NCBI GenBank assembly: GCA_032249235.1
Contig: JAVVGF010000003.1
Location: 19,213-83,212, forward strand
DNA: 64,000 bases
Reading direction: 5' to 3'
Source: Thermoproteota archaeon
Lineage (GTDB): Archaea > Thermoproteota > Thermoprotei > Gearchaeales > Gearchaeaceae
Part shown: positions 19,473 to 29,237 of the stretch, one piece after another
Numbering within the stretch: position 1 is the first letter of the stretch
Layout of the letters: every line of letters starts with the position of its first letter
Translations under genes and position numbers: made by a program
Notes under the pieces: generated by a model
Told to the model about the DNA's origin: nothing
The model's input: the letters and a program-made list of their open reading frames with translations, nothing else
Database searches by the model: none

Positions 19473-19930
19473 GAGCAAATATTTTATTGATTCTTTTAAT
19501 ATCAATATCTATTCCTTTATTTTTATCTATTATTTTATATCCTAATTTAATCTATTATTATGTAATTTTTCCTTTAATTTTTATACCTTTTTCTTTAATA
19601 TCTTATGAAATAATAAATAAAACAAAATTCAAAGAAATCTATCTAAAACGCTATGTTAAATACAGTTACGAGAATCCATATAAAAGGAAAAGAGAATTGA
19701 TAGAAAATGCGTTGAAAGGTTCAAACATTGCGAGAATAACAGTAGGAGAAATCATAAAAGAAGCTCTTGAAAGAAAATATGGATCAAGGTTATATTTAGA
19801 TAATGCGAAAAAATTCATCAACGATGAAGACGTCATCGCTGTCATTTTCTATCAAGAATATGAAAACTATTTTAAAGACCTTGATAAATATAGAAATGCA
19901 CTTAGTAAAGCAGTTGAGTTAGCATGGTAA
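19469..19930 (+). CDS. Small membrane protein (two TM segments plus a cytoplasmic domain)
   Basis: Hydrophobic N-terminus. The gene overlaps both neighbours by 4-7 nt, which suggests translational coupling. Confidence 0.4.
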   Translation: MRANILLILLISISIPLFLSIILYPNLIYYYVIFPLIFIPFSLISYEIINKTKFKEIYLKRYVKYSYENPYKRKRELIENALKGSNIARITVGEIIKEALERKYGSRLYLDNAKKFINDEDVIAVIFYQEYENYFKDLDKYRNALSKAVELAW

Positions 19931-20862
19931 ATAACGAAAAGGTAATGCAGGTAATTGAAGAGGTATCGAAAGCAATCGTAGGAAAAAGAGAAGTACTTGA
20001 ATTAGTAATGTTAGCAATATTATGCGATTCGCATGTTCTAATAGAGGATTATCCCGGCCTGGCTAAAACGTTGATGGCTAAGTCTTTTGCTAAAGCTTTA
20101 GGTCTTGAATTTAAGAGGATACAATTCACTTCAGATCTGTTACCTTCGGATATAACAGGTTCTTATGTCCTAAATAGAGAGACTTCAAAATTTGAATTTA
20201 GGAAAGGACCAATATTTACAAATATTCTTTTAGCTGATGAGATAAACAGAGCACCGCCAAGAACGCAATCTGCATTGCTTGAAGCAATGCAAGAAAGACA
20301 GGTTTCTGTTGAAGGTAATACTTTCATTCTTGATAGACCATTTATTGTATTGGCTACACAAAATCCTATAGAATATGAAGGTACATATCCGTTACCTGAA
20401 GCACAACTTGATAGATTTATAATGAAAATAAACATAGGATATCCTCGATTTGAAGAAGAAGTAGAGATATTAAATCGTAGAATAAAAAGAATGAAGGATG
20501 AGGTAGATATAGAGACTGTCCTCAATCCAAAGGAGGTTCTAAATCTTCAAAATGAAGTTGAAAAAATCTATATTGAAGATGACTTAAAAAATTATATTGT
20601 TAAAATAGTTAGTGCAACAAGAAATGCTCCAGAAGTAGAAGTAGGCGCAAGTGTTCGTGGATCTTTAGCAATTCTAAAGCTTGCAAGAGCTAGAGCATTT
20701 TTAGAAGGTAGAGATTTCGTGATACCTGATGATATAAAAAGGGTAGCTATTCCAGCTCTTCGCCATAGACTAATATTGAGAACAGAATATTGGCTACGCG
20801 GTGTTAAGCCAGATTCCATCATTGAAAGAATTCTAAATCAAATTCCAGTCCCTAAGGTTTAA
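19924..20862 (+). CDS. MoxR-like AAA+ ATPase
   Basis: HVLIEDYPGLAKT, the LADEINRAP Walker B/sensor region, and the FIVLATQNP signature of the MoxR family. Confidence 0.85.
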   Translation: MVNNEKVMQVIEEVSKAIVGKREVLELVMLAILCDSHVLIEDYPGLAKTLMAKSFAKALGLEFKRIQFTSDLLPSDITGSYVLNRETSKFEFRKGPIFTNILLADEINRAPPRTQSALLEAMQERQVSVEGNTFILDRPFIVLATQNPIEYEGTYPLPEAQLDRFIMKINIGYPRFEEEVEILNRRIKRMKDEVDIETVLNPKEVLNLQNEVEKIYIEDDLKNYIVKIVSATRNAPEVEVGASVRGSLAILKLARARAFLEGRDFVIPDDIKRVAIPALRHRLILRTEYWLRGVKPDSIIERILNQIPVPKV

Positions 20863-22130
20863 TGCCATCTTTAAAATTAATGGTATTGGCTCTTTCTACA
20901 TCTTTCATTGTTCTCATCGGATCCTTTATTAGGAATCCAATCTTGTTGATTTCATCTATTCCGGTCTTTACTTATTTTCTAATTTCTATAATAACTTATA
21001 AGGAATTAAAAATCAATTTAGAAATTAAAAGGAATTTATCAAAAGAAATTGTTAGAGAAGATGAAGAATTAGAAGTTAAAATAACTGTAATCAATAAAGG
21101 GGAAAAGATAGATTTTCTTTTAGTAACAGATTCGGTACAAGAAGGAGTAAAGATAGTAAAAGGCTCGAATTCAATGCTCTTATCAATTGATAAAAATGAA
21201 ACGAAAGAGTTTAGCTATTTTGTTAAAGTTGGAGAAATAGGAAAGTATAAGCTTGGACCTATAGGAATTATTGCTTCAAACATTGAAGGAACTTATGTCT
21301 TTAAAAAGGTCATTGAAGATTATACCAATTTCAAAGTTTCACCCAAAATATCTTTGTTTGGCGAAATCATACTTAGACCTCGATATAATAAACCATGGCC
21401 AGGAGATTCTCCATCAAGATCGATAGGAATAGGTAATGAATTTTATGCTGTTACTGAATCATTCGGCGGTGAAGGTTTAAGGAGAATAAATTGGAAGGCT
21501 ACCGCTAAAACTAATAAATTAATGAAAAATGTTTATCATGCTGAATTGAGCTCAGACGTTTTAATCATTCTTGACTATAGAGCTGTTAACGATATAAAAT
21601 TCAAAGATAAATCTCTACTTTTACATTCAGCTCGTGCTTCACTATTATTAGCGTATAGATTGCTCAGAGATAAACATCGCGTAGGACTGTTAGTTTTAGG
21701 TGAGGAAATTCATAGGCTAAAGCCTTCATTTGGCAGGAAACAATTTGATAGAATAATTTTTTCTGTTCTAGAATCTGAACCTGGAAAGCTAAGCGATCTT
21801 AGGTTACTTAAGGATCTTGTTTCCTTGGTTTTTCCTATAACAACTCAAATAATTTTGATATCTCCAATTCTAGATTACGAGATAACTTTGGCTATAGCTG
21901 AGTTAGCTAAGAAAGGATATGATATAATTAGCATAGTGCCAAATCCATTTGAAAGAAAGCCTTTAAGTGAAATGGACATTGTTGATAGAATAATAAGAAT
22001 CGAAAGGGAAAATTATCTCGCTATGCTCAAAAGATTTTCTAAAGTTCTTGAATGGGATGTTGATAAGCCGTTAGATATAGAATTGAAAAAGGTATCTGAA
22101 GCATGGTTGAGATCAGCTATTCATCGTTAG
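20862..22130 (+). CDS. DUF58 domain protein (vWA-like MoxR partner)
   Basis: N-terminal TM segments followed by the DUF58 core (…GEGLRRINWKATAKTNKLMKN…). It sits immediately after MoxR, sharing a stop/start. Confidence 0.7.
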   Translation: MPSLKLMVLALSTSFIVLIGSFIRNPILLISSIPVFTYFLISIITYKELKINLEIKRNLSKEIVREDEELEVKITVINKGEKIDFLLVTDSVQEGVKIVKGSNSMLLSIDKNETKEFSYFVKVGEIGKYKLGPIGIIASNIEGTYVFKKVIEDYTNFKVSPKISLFGEIILRPRYNKPWPGDSPSRSIGIGNEFYAVTESFGGEGLRRINWKATAKTNKLMKNVYHAELSSDVLIILDYRAVNDIKFKDKSLLLHSARASLLLAYRLLRDKHRVGLLVLGEEIHRLKPSFGRKQFDRIIFSVLESEPGKLSDLRLLKDLVSLVFPITTQIILISPILDYEITLAIAELAKKGYDIISIVPNPFERKPLSEMDIVDRIIRIERENYLAMLKRFSKVLEWDVDKPLDIELKKVSEAWLRSAIHR

Positions 22131-22660
22131 CTAAGTACACTATTTATTATCTTTATTTTTCAGAGATTCTTATTCTATTATATTTTTTATTGAATATTAA
22201 TCAACTTTCAGGCATTTTAATTATAATATTAGTTTTGACATTATCTACATTTTTATCTTATCTAATCTTAAATTATAATTTCTTAATAAAACTTTCAAAT
22301 TATATTGCTATCATCGGCATATTCGTTTCTATTATATTTTTATCATCTGATATTAGTCTATTATATTTATTTATTTTACTTCTAATTTTTTACTCTGAAT
22401 TTTTCTCATTTATTTCTAACTTAAATGGTATCTTTAGAAATTTTAATAAATTATCTCCTAATTTAATGAGCGAATTAAGGAGAAACTTAGTAAATAAACT
22501 TAAATTTGAATTCTTTATCTTTATTTTATCATTTTCTTTTTCTAATGTAGCAATAATATTTATTAAACCTTTATTCTTAATAAATCCTCTATTTAGCGCT
22601 TATTTATTTTTATTTATAGCTTTGTTGGTTATTTTTATTTTGTATAAATATCTTTTATGA
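22103..22660 (+). CDS. Polytopic membrane protein
   Basis: Highly hydrophobic 185 aa. It overlaps the end of the DUF58 gene. Confidence 0.4.
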   Translation: MVEISYSSLAKYTIYYLYFSEILILLYFLLNINQLSGILIIILVLTLSTFLSYLILNYNFLIKLSNYIAIIGIFVSIIFLSSDISLLYLFILLLIFYSEFFSFISNLNGIFRNFNKLSPNLMSELRRNLVNKLKFEFFIFILSFSFSNVAIIFIKPLFLINPLFSAYLFLFIALLVIFILYKYLL

Positions 22661-22710
22661 TTCACAATTAAAGATAAACTATAGTTTAAAAAATCAAATG
22701 ATAATTTTCA

Positions 22711-23865
22711 TTACTTTTTTTTCTTTGGTTCTTTAGTTGCCTGTTCTGTTTCCTCAACATGAATTCCTACGCCTAGCAATTTCTTAAAGACCTCATCGAT
22801 AAATCTCACGAACATTCCTTTTTGTCCAATCATAGCCCCTATTTCTTTCTTATCAACTAGCAATCTCAATGTATTTCCTGCGAAGTCGAAGTCTACTACA
22901 TATTTATGAATCCAAGATACAGGATGTATTGCTCTTATTATTTCTTTTAGATCAAGGGTTAAACCGATAACTCTTAATCTTTGATTTGTTTCTTTTTCTA
23001 TATTTTGAATTCTCTCTCCTTTTACTCCAACTAACCTTCCGACATGCTTTTCTTTTACTATTACCAAACCATCTGGCACGTTTTCACTTGTTATGTTGAA
23101 TTTTCGCTTATATTCTGTAAGATTTACTACTGTAATTATGTCTGCATCAGGCGCATATATCTTAGCTACTTCTTTAACTTTTCTTTCATTTTCATCTAGC
23201 TCTCTTTTTCTCATTTGCAACTCTAGTAATAATTGAACGCCTCTTTTGGCTCCAGGTCTAACGATATCTTTAATTCCCAAATCGATAACAGTAGCAGTTT
23301 CTTCTCCAAGTAATATTTCTCTTGCTAATGAAGCTCCATCTTTTCCAAATTCAGCAGTTCTCTGAAATATTGGGTCGCCTGCTATTATTAAACGGCTATT
23401 TCTTCCCATTCTAGTAATGATCTCTATGATTGTCTCTGCAGGAATGCTTTGAACATCATCTAAGATGATGATTGAATCATCAAAAGTTCTTCCTCTAAGA
23501 AAATGCGGGTCAGCAAGTAAAAGTTTACCATTCTTGATTAACTCCTCAATGGTTTTTTCTTCAACGAAGCCCACAAGGATGTCTTTAAGATATTCAGAAG
23601 CGTATTTGACATAATTTTCAGGTTCGTTAAATAATGTTATTTCTTTACCGCTTACAATATCTATGATAGGTCTAGATAGTATTATGCGTTTATAATTCCC
23701 TTCATTAACTGTTGAAAGAGAATAAGTTATTGCGAAGAGACTCTTACCTGTTCCGGTAGGACCAAATATGCCTATTAAATCCTTATCTGATTGTAATGCC
23801 TTCTTTAGTTCTTCCTGTCCTTTGCTTTTAGGTTCGAGTTTTTCAAAAAGATTTTCTAAGCTCAT
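22711..23865 (-). CDS. PhoH-like ATPase fused to two C-terminal KH domains
   Basis: Walker A GPTGTGKS in a PhoH-like P-loop domain. Two GxxG KH motifs (VGVKGERI, IGQKGMFV) lie in the C-terminal third. Confidence 0.75.
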   Translation of the reverse strand: MSLENLFEKLEPKSKGQEELKKALQSDKDLIGIFGPTGTGKSLFAITYSLSTVNEGNYKRIILSRPIIDIVSGKEITLFNEPENYVKYASEYLKDILVGFVEEKTIEELIKNGKLLLADPHFLRGRTFDDSIIILDDVQSIPAETIIEIITRMGRNSRLIIAGDPIFQRTAEFGKDGASLAREILLGEETATVIDLGIKDIVRPGAKRGVQLLLELQMRKRELDENERKVKEVAKIYAPDADIITVVNLTEYKRKFNITSENVPDGLVIVKEKHVGRLVGVKGERIQNIEKETNQRLRVIGLTLDLKEIIRAIHPVSWIHKYVVDFDFAGNTLRLLVDKKEIGAMIGQKGMFVRFIDEVFKKLLGVGIHVEETEQATKEPKKKK

Positions 23866-23912
23866 CTCTACTATATTTTATAATCAGTGATATTTGAGAT
23901 CGGGGCTCTATC

Positions 23913-24716
23913 TTAATTATGAGCTAATAGCTCTACAGGCCTCCAAATTTTTTCTCCTAAGACATACGAATAGGATATCAAGAAAATATTGAAAACGATG
24001 TAAACTTCATCTATACTCCTTGGTGCATATATCATATAGAAAGGTAAATCGATTAATTTTCTCTCATATACAGGATGGGCTTCACCCCAACCTTTGCTTA
24101 TAATTTCATCTTCCCATTCTTTGGGCAAAACTAAATGCAAACTTCCATCATATGGAGGATGAATGTGAGCGAATTCAAGCCCTCCCCACATTACTTCTCT
24201 TTTAGCATTGTTAACTTCATCTCTTATCCATGCAGCTCTTGCTCCCGGAACAGATACTAAGCTTTCACTTTCGATTATAAATGGTAGAGAGAATATAAGA
24301 CTAGAGAGCATTTTGTAAATCTCTAATGAAGGATTCTGACTCAATTGCTGATGAGGCATTTTATAACTGGTTATTGGGTGCTCTCCTTCTCGCTTAGGTA
24401 AACCAAAGCATGCTAGCCAAAATGGAAACTTTGAAGCTATTTTATTCCATCCTTCTCCTTCTTTTATCTTTTCGATTTTCAAAATTTCAAAATATTTGTC
24501 TAGCACGTATTCTCTTTCCTGTGCTAATGGAGGATTGCAGTAATCTTCTTCTTCCCATCCTACCGTGCTTTCATCAATGATTCTTGCTAATCTTAAACTA
24601 TGATTCATAGCTTTTCCGAAAGGCTTAATTTGAGTTATTTCATTTTTCATGAGCTTTTCATAAAGTTCATTGATCGATTTCATATAGGGTTTAGCTAAAA
24701 TCAAATAGTGAGCCAT
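23913..24716 (-). CDS. Hypothetical protein
   Basis: A 267 aa ORF with archaeal codon usage. It contains an EFAHIHPPYDGSLHL motif of unknown family. Confidence 0.4.
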   Translation of the reverse strand: MAHYLILAKPYMKSINELYEKLMKNEITQIKPFGKAMNHSLRLARIIDESTVGWEEEDYCNPPLAQEREYVLDKYFEILKIEKIKEGEGWNKIASKFPFWLACFGLPKREGEHPITSYKMPHQQLSQNPSLEIYKMLSSLIFSLPFIIESESLVSVPGARAAWIRDEVNNAKREVMWGGLEFAHIHPPYDGSLHLVLPKEWEDEIISKGWGEAHPVYERKLIDLPFYMIYAPRSIDEVYIVFNIFLISYSYVLGEKIWRPVELLAHN

Positions 24717-24760
24717 AATATAACTTGCTATAAAAATGTAATAAACTTAATAATTTCAGT

Positions 24761-25474
24761 TTAACTTTTCATCATTCTTGAAACAATCGTTTCAAGAGGT
24801 TCATCTTCATTTCCAAGTTTTCTCAAATCGTTGATTTTACCGCTCCATATAAGCTTTCCTTTTGCAATCATCAACACATTTTCTGCTAGTCTTGAAGCAA
24901 TGGACATAATATGAGTAGAAACTAGCATTGTTGAATTCATCGAATTCAAAATTTTAATTACAATTTCTTGTGTTGGTATATCTAAATAGTTCAAAGGTTC
25001 ATCGAGCAGGAGAATTTTAGGTTTATGTATTATAGCTAGTGCTATGGCTAACTTTTGTACATTACCTCTAGATAACCTTCCGACTTTTGCTTTTTCATAT
25101 TCTCTCAAACTTAACAAATCTAATAATTCATCTATTCTATCATCTAGGTTTTCAACATTTCTCAAAGCACCTATGTATTCAAGATTTTCTCTAACTGAAA
25201 GTGTTCTATAAGGTTGAGCATCTTCAGGTAAATAACCCAACAGTCTTTTTGCTTCTATTGTTTCTGGCTCATAACCCATTATTTTTATGTAGCCTTGATT
25301 AGGTCTTAATAAGCCAGCTATCAATTTAAGCGTCGTAGTCTTTCCTGCTCCGTTAGGTCCTAGCAAGGCAAATCTAGAATTAAGTGGTATTTCGAAAGTT
25401 ACATTGTCCAATGCTAAAACCTTTCCATAATATTTTGAAACTTCTCTAAATTCTATTGCTTTTAATTCATTCAT
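24761..25474 (-). CDS. ABC transporter ATP-binding protein (ABC-2 type)
   Basis: Walker [10 protein letters not shown], signature LSRGNVQK, Walker B LLLDEP. No permease gene is adjacent. Confidence 0.8.
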   Translation of the reverse strand: MNELKAIEFREVSKYYGKVLALDNVTFEIPLNSRFALLGPNGAGKTTTLKLIAGLLRPNQGYIKIMGYEPETIEAKRLLGYLPEDAQPYRTLSVRENLEYIGALRNVENLDDRIDELLDLLSLREYEKAKVGRLSRGNVQKLAIALAIIHKPKILLLDEPLNYLDIPTQEIVIKILNSMNSTMLVSTHIMSIASRLAENVLMIAKGKLIWSGKINDLRKLGNEDEPLETIVSRMMKS

Positions 25475-26313
25475 TATTTTAAGGGTTGGTCTTCAGTTAT
25501 ATCCTTTTTGGATATGAATAAGATCCTTTTTGGATATGAATAAGGCATACCTAATTTCTTCAAGGTTTCTTCAATGATTCTAGGCATGTTAGAGTACAAA
25601 TCAAACCAGGTCTTTCCTGCAGTCCATGCTCTTGCTTCCATTAAAATACCCTTCTCATCAAATTGTGCTACAAATACGCTTGGTGCAGGTTCTGCAAGAA
25701 CATACCATTGTGCTTCAAATTCTTTAATTAACGTTTCAATAACTTTGTTTACATCGTATTCATAAGGTATTACAAATTGAACTCTCACAAGCCTAGCTAC
25801 TGAGTTGCTATAATTTATGAGTGGAGAATTAAATAATTCGCTATTCGGTATTCTTATGTAATATCCTTCCCAACTCTGTATCTTCGTAGACAATAGACCA
25901 ATGTCGACAACCATTCCTATGTTGTTATTGTAATTAATGTAATCACCTATTTTGAAAGGTCTTTCTGTCATCAATAATATTCCTGCAAAGAAATTTGATA
26001 GTGTTTGCTGAGCAGCTAAACCTATAACTATAGCTGTGAAGCCTCCTGCAACTAGCAATTCAGTTAATGTTAAACCAGGTATATTTAGAAGACGTATAGC
26101 AACAGCTATGCCTATTAGAATGATTATGTAATAAACGAGTTTGTTTATGTTAGATATGATATGCGAAGGAACTTTTTCATGCAATCTTCTTCTAATCATT
26201 ACTGTTAAATACTTCGCAATGATCACTGCGATGATGATAGCGATTACTGCTTCTATTACTCCTTGATATTGTATAATATAATTCCAGAAATCAGATAACG
26301 TAATAGATATCAT
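25474..26313 (-). CDS. Small-conductance mechanosensitive channel (MscS family)
   Basis: Three N-terminal TM helices, including the pore-like helix [22 protein letters not shown], followed by the MscS beta-domain. Its stop overlaps the ABC ATPase start. Confidence 0.8.
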   Translation of the reverse strand: MISITLSDFWNYIIQYQGVIEAVIAIIIAVIIAKYLTVMIRRRLHEKVPSHIISNINKLVYYIIILIGIAVAIRLLNIPGLTLTELLVAGGFTAIVIGLAAQQTLSNFFAGILLMTERPFKIGDYINYNNNIGMVVDIGLLSTKIQSWEGYYIRIPNSELFNSPLINYSNSVARLVRVQFVIPYEYDVNKVIETLIKEFEAQWYVLAEPAPSVFVAQFDEKGILMEARAWTAGKTWFDLYSNMPRIIEETLKKLGMPYSYPKRILFISKKDITEDQPLK

Positions 26314-26945
26314 GTTCCAAATTTCATCTCAAATTGGCCTCCAATTCCTTTTGAAATTGTAGTAGGAATTATTTCAGCATCCTCAATTGTCGGTTTATTC
26401 ATTAATCTAACAAGCGCAAGTCCTTTTTGAAGTCTTGTAACGCGTATTCTTTCACCATAAAATTTCCCCTCTTTAGTATAAAGAGAAAAAAATTTCGTGT
26501 TAAATATTATTTTAGATATGCTACCTACGCTTCCAGCTTTGTTTATAATTTCTATTAATGTTATTGCTTCATTTACTGAAGTAATAGGTAGCACTAAAAA
26601 CGCATTGGTTTTCCAGTATCTATAAATAACACCTTCTCCTATTGTACCATAAAGAGCATACTTTTTAGTATAAATTTCTATTACATCGATTAGTTTGTAA
26701 TTTGAACCATCGCTGACATATATTCCGATATCTAATGGTAACTTAACGTATAGCTTTACTTCTTGTTCTTCACCAATATATATCGGTTGTTCAAAGACTA
26801 TGCCGAAATACTCTGTTATTGCTTCGTTTATACTAAGAATGGGAAATTCTTTTATTGTTAAATTACTAGGTATTTCAATTTTCTTTTCACCTTTTTGATA
26901 TACTAAATGATCTTTTTCTTTTGTGATTGAATAATTAAGCTCCAT
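26310..26945 (-). CDS. Hypothetical protein (first gene of the MscS/ABC operon)
   Basis: A 211 aa soluble ORF that overlaps the MscS start by 4 nt. Confidence 0.4.
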   Translation of the reverse strand: MELNYSITKEKDHLVYQKGEKKIEIPSNLTIKEFPILSINEAITEYFGIVFEQPIYIGEEQEVKLYVKLPLDIGIYVSDGSNYKLIDVIEIYTKKYALYGTIGEGVIYRYWKTNAFLVLPITSVNEAITLIEIINKAGSVGSISKIIFNTKFFSLYTKEGKFYGERIRVTRLQKGLALVRLMNKPTIEDAEIIPTTISKGIGGQFEMKFGT

Positions 26946-26970
26946 ATCAATAGCTTATTACTTCATTGAT

Positions 26971-27579
26971 TTAAAGCTTAAAAAACTCTAGAAATGCGTT
27001 ATAAAGTATTATAATTGAAAAAACCAAGAGAGTTAAGAATGAAAATAATTTCACTATCATGATAGTTAATTTTCTTTTGAAGCTATAACCCATTCTAATA
27101 CTAGCTGGGAACAATATTATCCATGATAATATGGCTGAAAACAATCCAGCTACTGCAATAATTCCAAATAAAGCCATGAAGGAAAGACCAGCTGTTAACC
27201 ACCATAATATTTGGTAAGGATTAGATATGCCCAATGCTAAAGAAATTAAAAAGGTTGAGCTTTTTCTTAATGTTTCACTCGAAACTTTGTTTAATTCTTC
27301 TGTTTTGCTTGTATATATTCGAATTGCAAGATAGAGCATATAAAAGCTACCTATAAAATAAAAAGGGAACAAAGGAAGATTTTTTATTAAACTGAAAGCC
27401 ATTAAAGTGAGAATCATAAAAATGAAATCTGCAGTCATAGCACCCAATCCTGTTATGAATCCTTCTTTAAAAGAATTCAATGACCTACTAGCTATCAAAG
27501 CATTCATTGGTCCTGGAGGTGCAGCTAACGAAAATCCGTAAATATATCCTTGTAAGAAATATATGATTTCAGCTATCAT
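26971..27579 (-). CDS. LysE/RhtB family amino acid efflux protein
   Basis: Six predicted TM helices, a PGP motif near the N-terminus, and a length of about 200 aa. Confidence 0.65.
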   Translation of the reverse strand: MIAEIIYFLQGYIYGFSLAAPPGPMNALIASRSLNSFKEGFITGLGAMTADFIFMILTLMAFSLIKNLPLFPFYFIGSFYMLYLAIRIYTSKTEELNKVSSETLRKSSTFLISLALGISNPYQILWWLTAGLSFMALFGIIAVAGLFSAILSWIILFPASIRMGYSFKRKLTIMIVKLFSFLTLLVFSIIILYNAFLEFFKL

Positions 27580-27629
27580 TTTATAGCTAATAGTTCTAAT
27601 ATATTAAAAAATATTTCTAATTAAGAGAT

Positions 27630-28409
27630 ATGGTTGAATTAATTGATGTTCATTGTCATTTAGACGATGATGCATTCAACAAAGACCTAGATTTAGTTAT
27701 AGAAAATGCGAGAAAAGTAGGAGTTACCAAAATAATCACTTCTTGTATATATGAAAAATCTCTTCAAAGAACAGAGGAGATAACCGAAAAATATAAAGGA
27801 TTTGTTTTTTCAACTATTGGCTTGGACTATTCAGTATTAGATGAAGAAAGAATACAAAACGTAATGGATTTGATAAGAAAGAACAAAGATAAGATCATTG
27901 GAATAGGCGAAGTAGGTCTAGATTTCTTCATATTTAAAAATGCTAGTTTACAAGAAAAGAACAAGGCTGTATTTAAGAAGTGGATTGATTTTGCAATGGA
28001 AGTTGATTTACCATTAGTAGTTCATTCAAGAAGTGCTGGAAAGTATGCAATAGAAATACTCATTCAATCAGGCATAGAAAAAGTATTGATGCATGCATTC
28101 GATGGATCAGTAGGATATGCAATACAAGGTGCAAAGCATGGCTTTTATTTTTCCATTCCTCCTTCAATCGTTAGATCTGAACAGAAGCAGAAGCTCGCAA
28201 AACATCTTTCATTAGAAAATTTAATGCTTGAAAGTGATTCGCCTGTTTTAGGTCCTGAAAGAGGAATAAGAAATACTCCTTCAAACGTCATAATATCTGC
28301 AGGCATGATATCTAAGCTTAAGAAAATACCGCTCGAAGAAGTGTGCAAAAAAACCACTTTCAATGCCAATAAACTATTCTTTGAAAAGTATTTTAAAAAT
28401 ACGCTTTAG
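27630..28409 (+). CDS. TatD family metal-dependent hydrolase
   Basis: N-terminal IDVHCHL motif, a central GEVGLD motif and the C-terminal ESDSP motif. Confidence 0.8.
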   Translation: MVELIDVHCHLDDDAFNKDLDLVIENARKVGVTKIITSCIYEKSLQRTEEITEKYKGFVFSTIGLDYSVLDEERIQNVMDLIRKNKDKIIGIGEVGLDFFIFKNASLQEKNKAVFKKWIDFAMEVDLPLVVHSRSAGKYAIEILIQSGIEKVLMHAFDGSVGYAIQGAKHGFYFSIPPSIVRSEQKQKLAKHLSLENLMLESDSPVLGPERGIRNTPSNVIISAGMISKLKKIPLEEVCKKTTFNANKLFFEKYFKNTL

Positions 28410-28418
28410 TTCAATTAT

Positions 28419-29237
28419 ATGATGAAAAAAGCCTTCGATTTCTTAAATATAAATGAACTTCCTCCTAAGCCTAGAAAGAAAGGAATTGTTGAAATAAGAG
28501 GTCCATATTATACACCAGTAACTTTTAGCTATTTGAAAAGTTTGCTAGAAGACTGGGGAGAATATTTCGACGGATTTAAGTTTGCAGGGGGTTCTCAAAG
28601 ATTATTGGATTATGAAAAAGTCAAAGCAATAATTAAACTATGTCATGATCACAATGTTTATGTTTCAACGGGAGGTATGATAGAAAGAGTTATAATTCAA
28701 GGAGAGAAAGCTGTTGAAAAATACTTAGAAGAATGCAAAAGCTTAGAATTTGATGTAGTAGAAATATCAAGTGGTTTCATAGAGATGCCAATAAGTTATA
28801 AAGCAAGATTGATAAAAGAAGTCCAAAAGCGTTCAATGAAAGCGAAACCTGAAGTATCGATAATGAAAGGTGCAGGAGGAGGTACGCATGTAATAGGATA
28901 TGAGATTGAAACTAGAAGCTTAGAAGATTTTCTAAGTGAATGCAAAATCTTGTTAGATAATGGAGCTGACATGCTAATGATAGAGTCTGAAGGTTTAACA
29001 GAAGATTTGCCTCCTGAAAAATGGCGAATAGATGTTATTAAACTATTAATCGAAAAATTCGGTTATGAAAAGCTAATGTTTGAAGCAGCTGATCCTCCAG
29101 TGTTTAAGTGGTATTTAAAAAATGTAGCAAAAGATGTGAATGTTTTCATAGATCATTCTCAGATAGTTGAATTCAATGCATGGCGTTTAGGATTATGGGG
29201 AGATAGAGATATTTGGAAAGGCTTTAAGCTTGAATGA
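28419..29237 (+). CDS. (2R)-phospho-3-sulfolactate synthase (ComA) family protein
   Basis: A roughly 270 aa TIM-barrel-like sequence matching the ComA family pattern (…FDGFKFAGGS…ESEG…). Confidence 0.6.
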   Translation: MMKKAFDFLNINELPPKPRKKGIVEIRGPYYTPVTFSYLKSLLEDWGEYFDGFKFAGGSQRLLDYEKVKAIIKLCHDHNVYVSTGGMIERVIIQGEKAVEKYLEECKSLEFDVVEISSGFIEMPISYKARLIKEVQKRSMKAKPEVSIMKGAGGGTHVIGYEIETRSLEDFLSECKILLDNGADMLMIESEGLTEDLPPEKWRIDVIKLLIEKFGYEKLMFEAADPPVFKWYLKNVAKDVNVFIDHSQIVEFNAWRLGLWGDRDIWKGFKLE

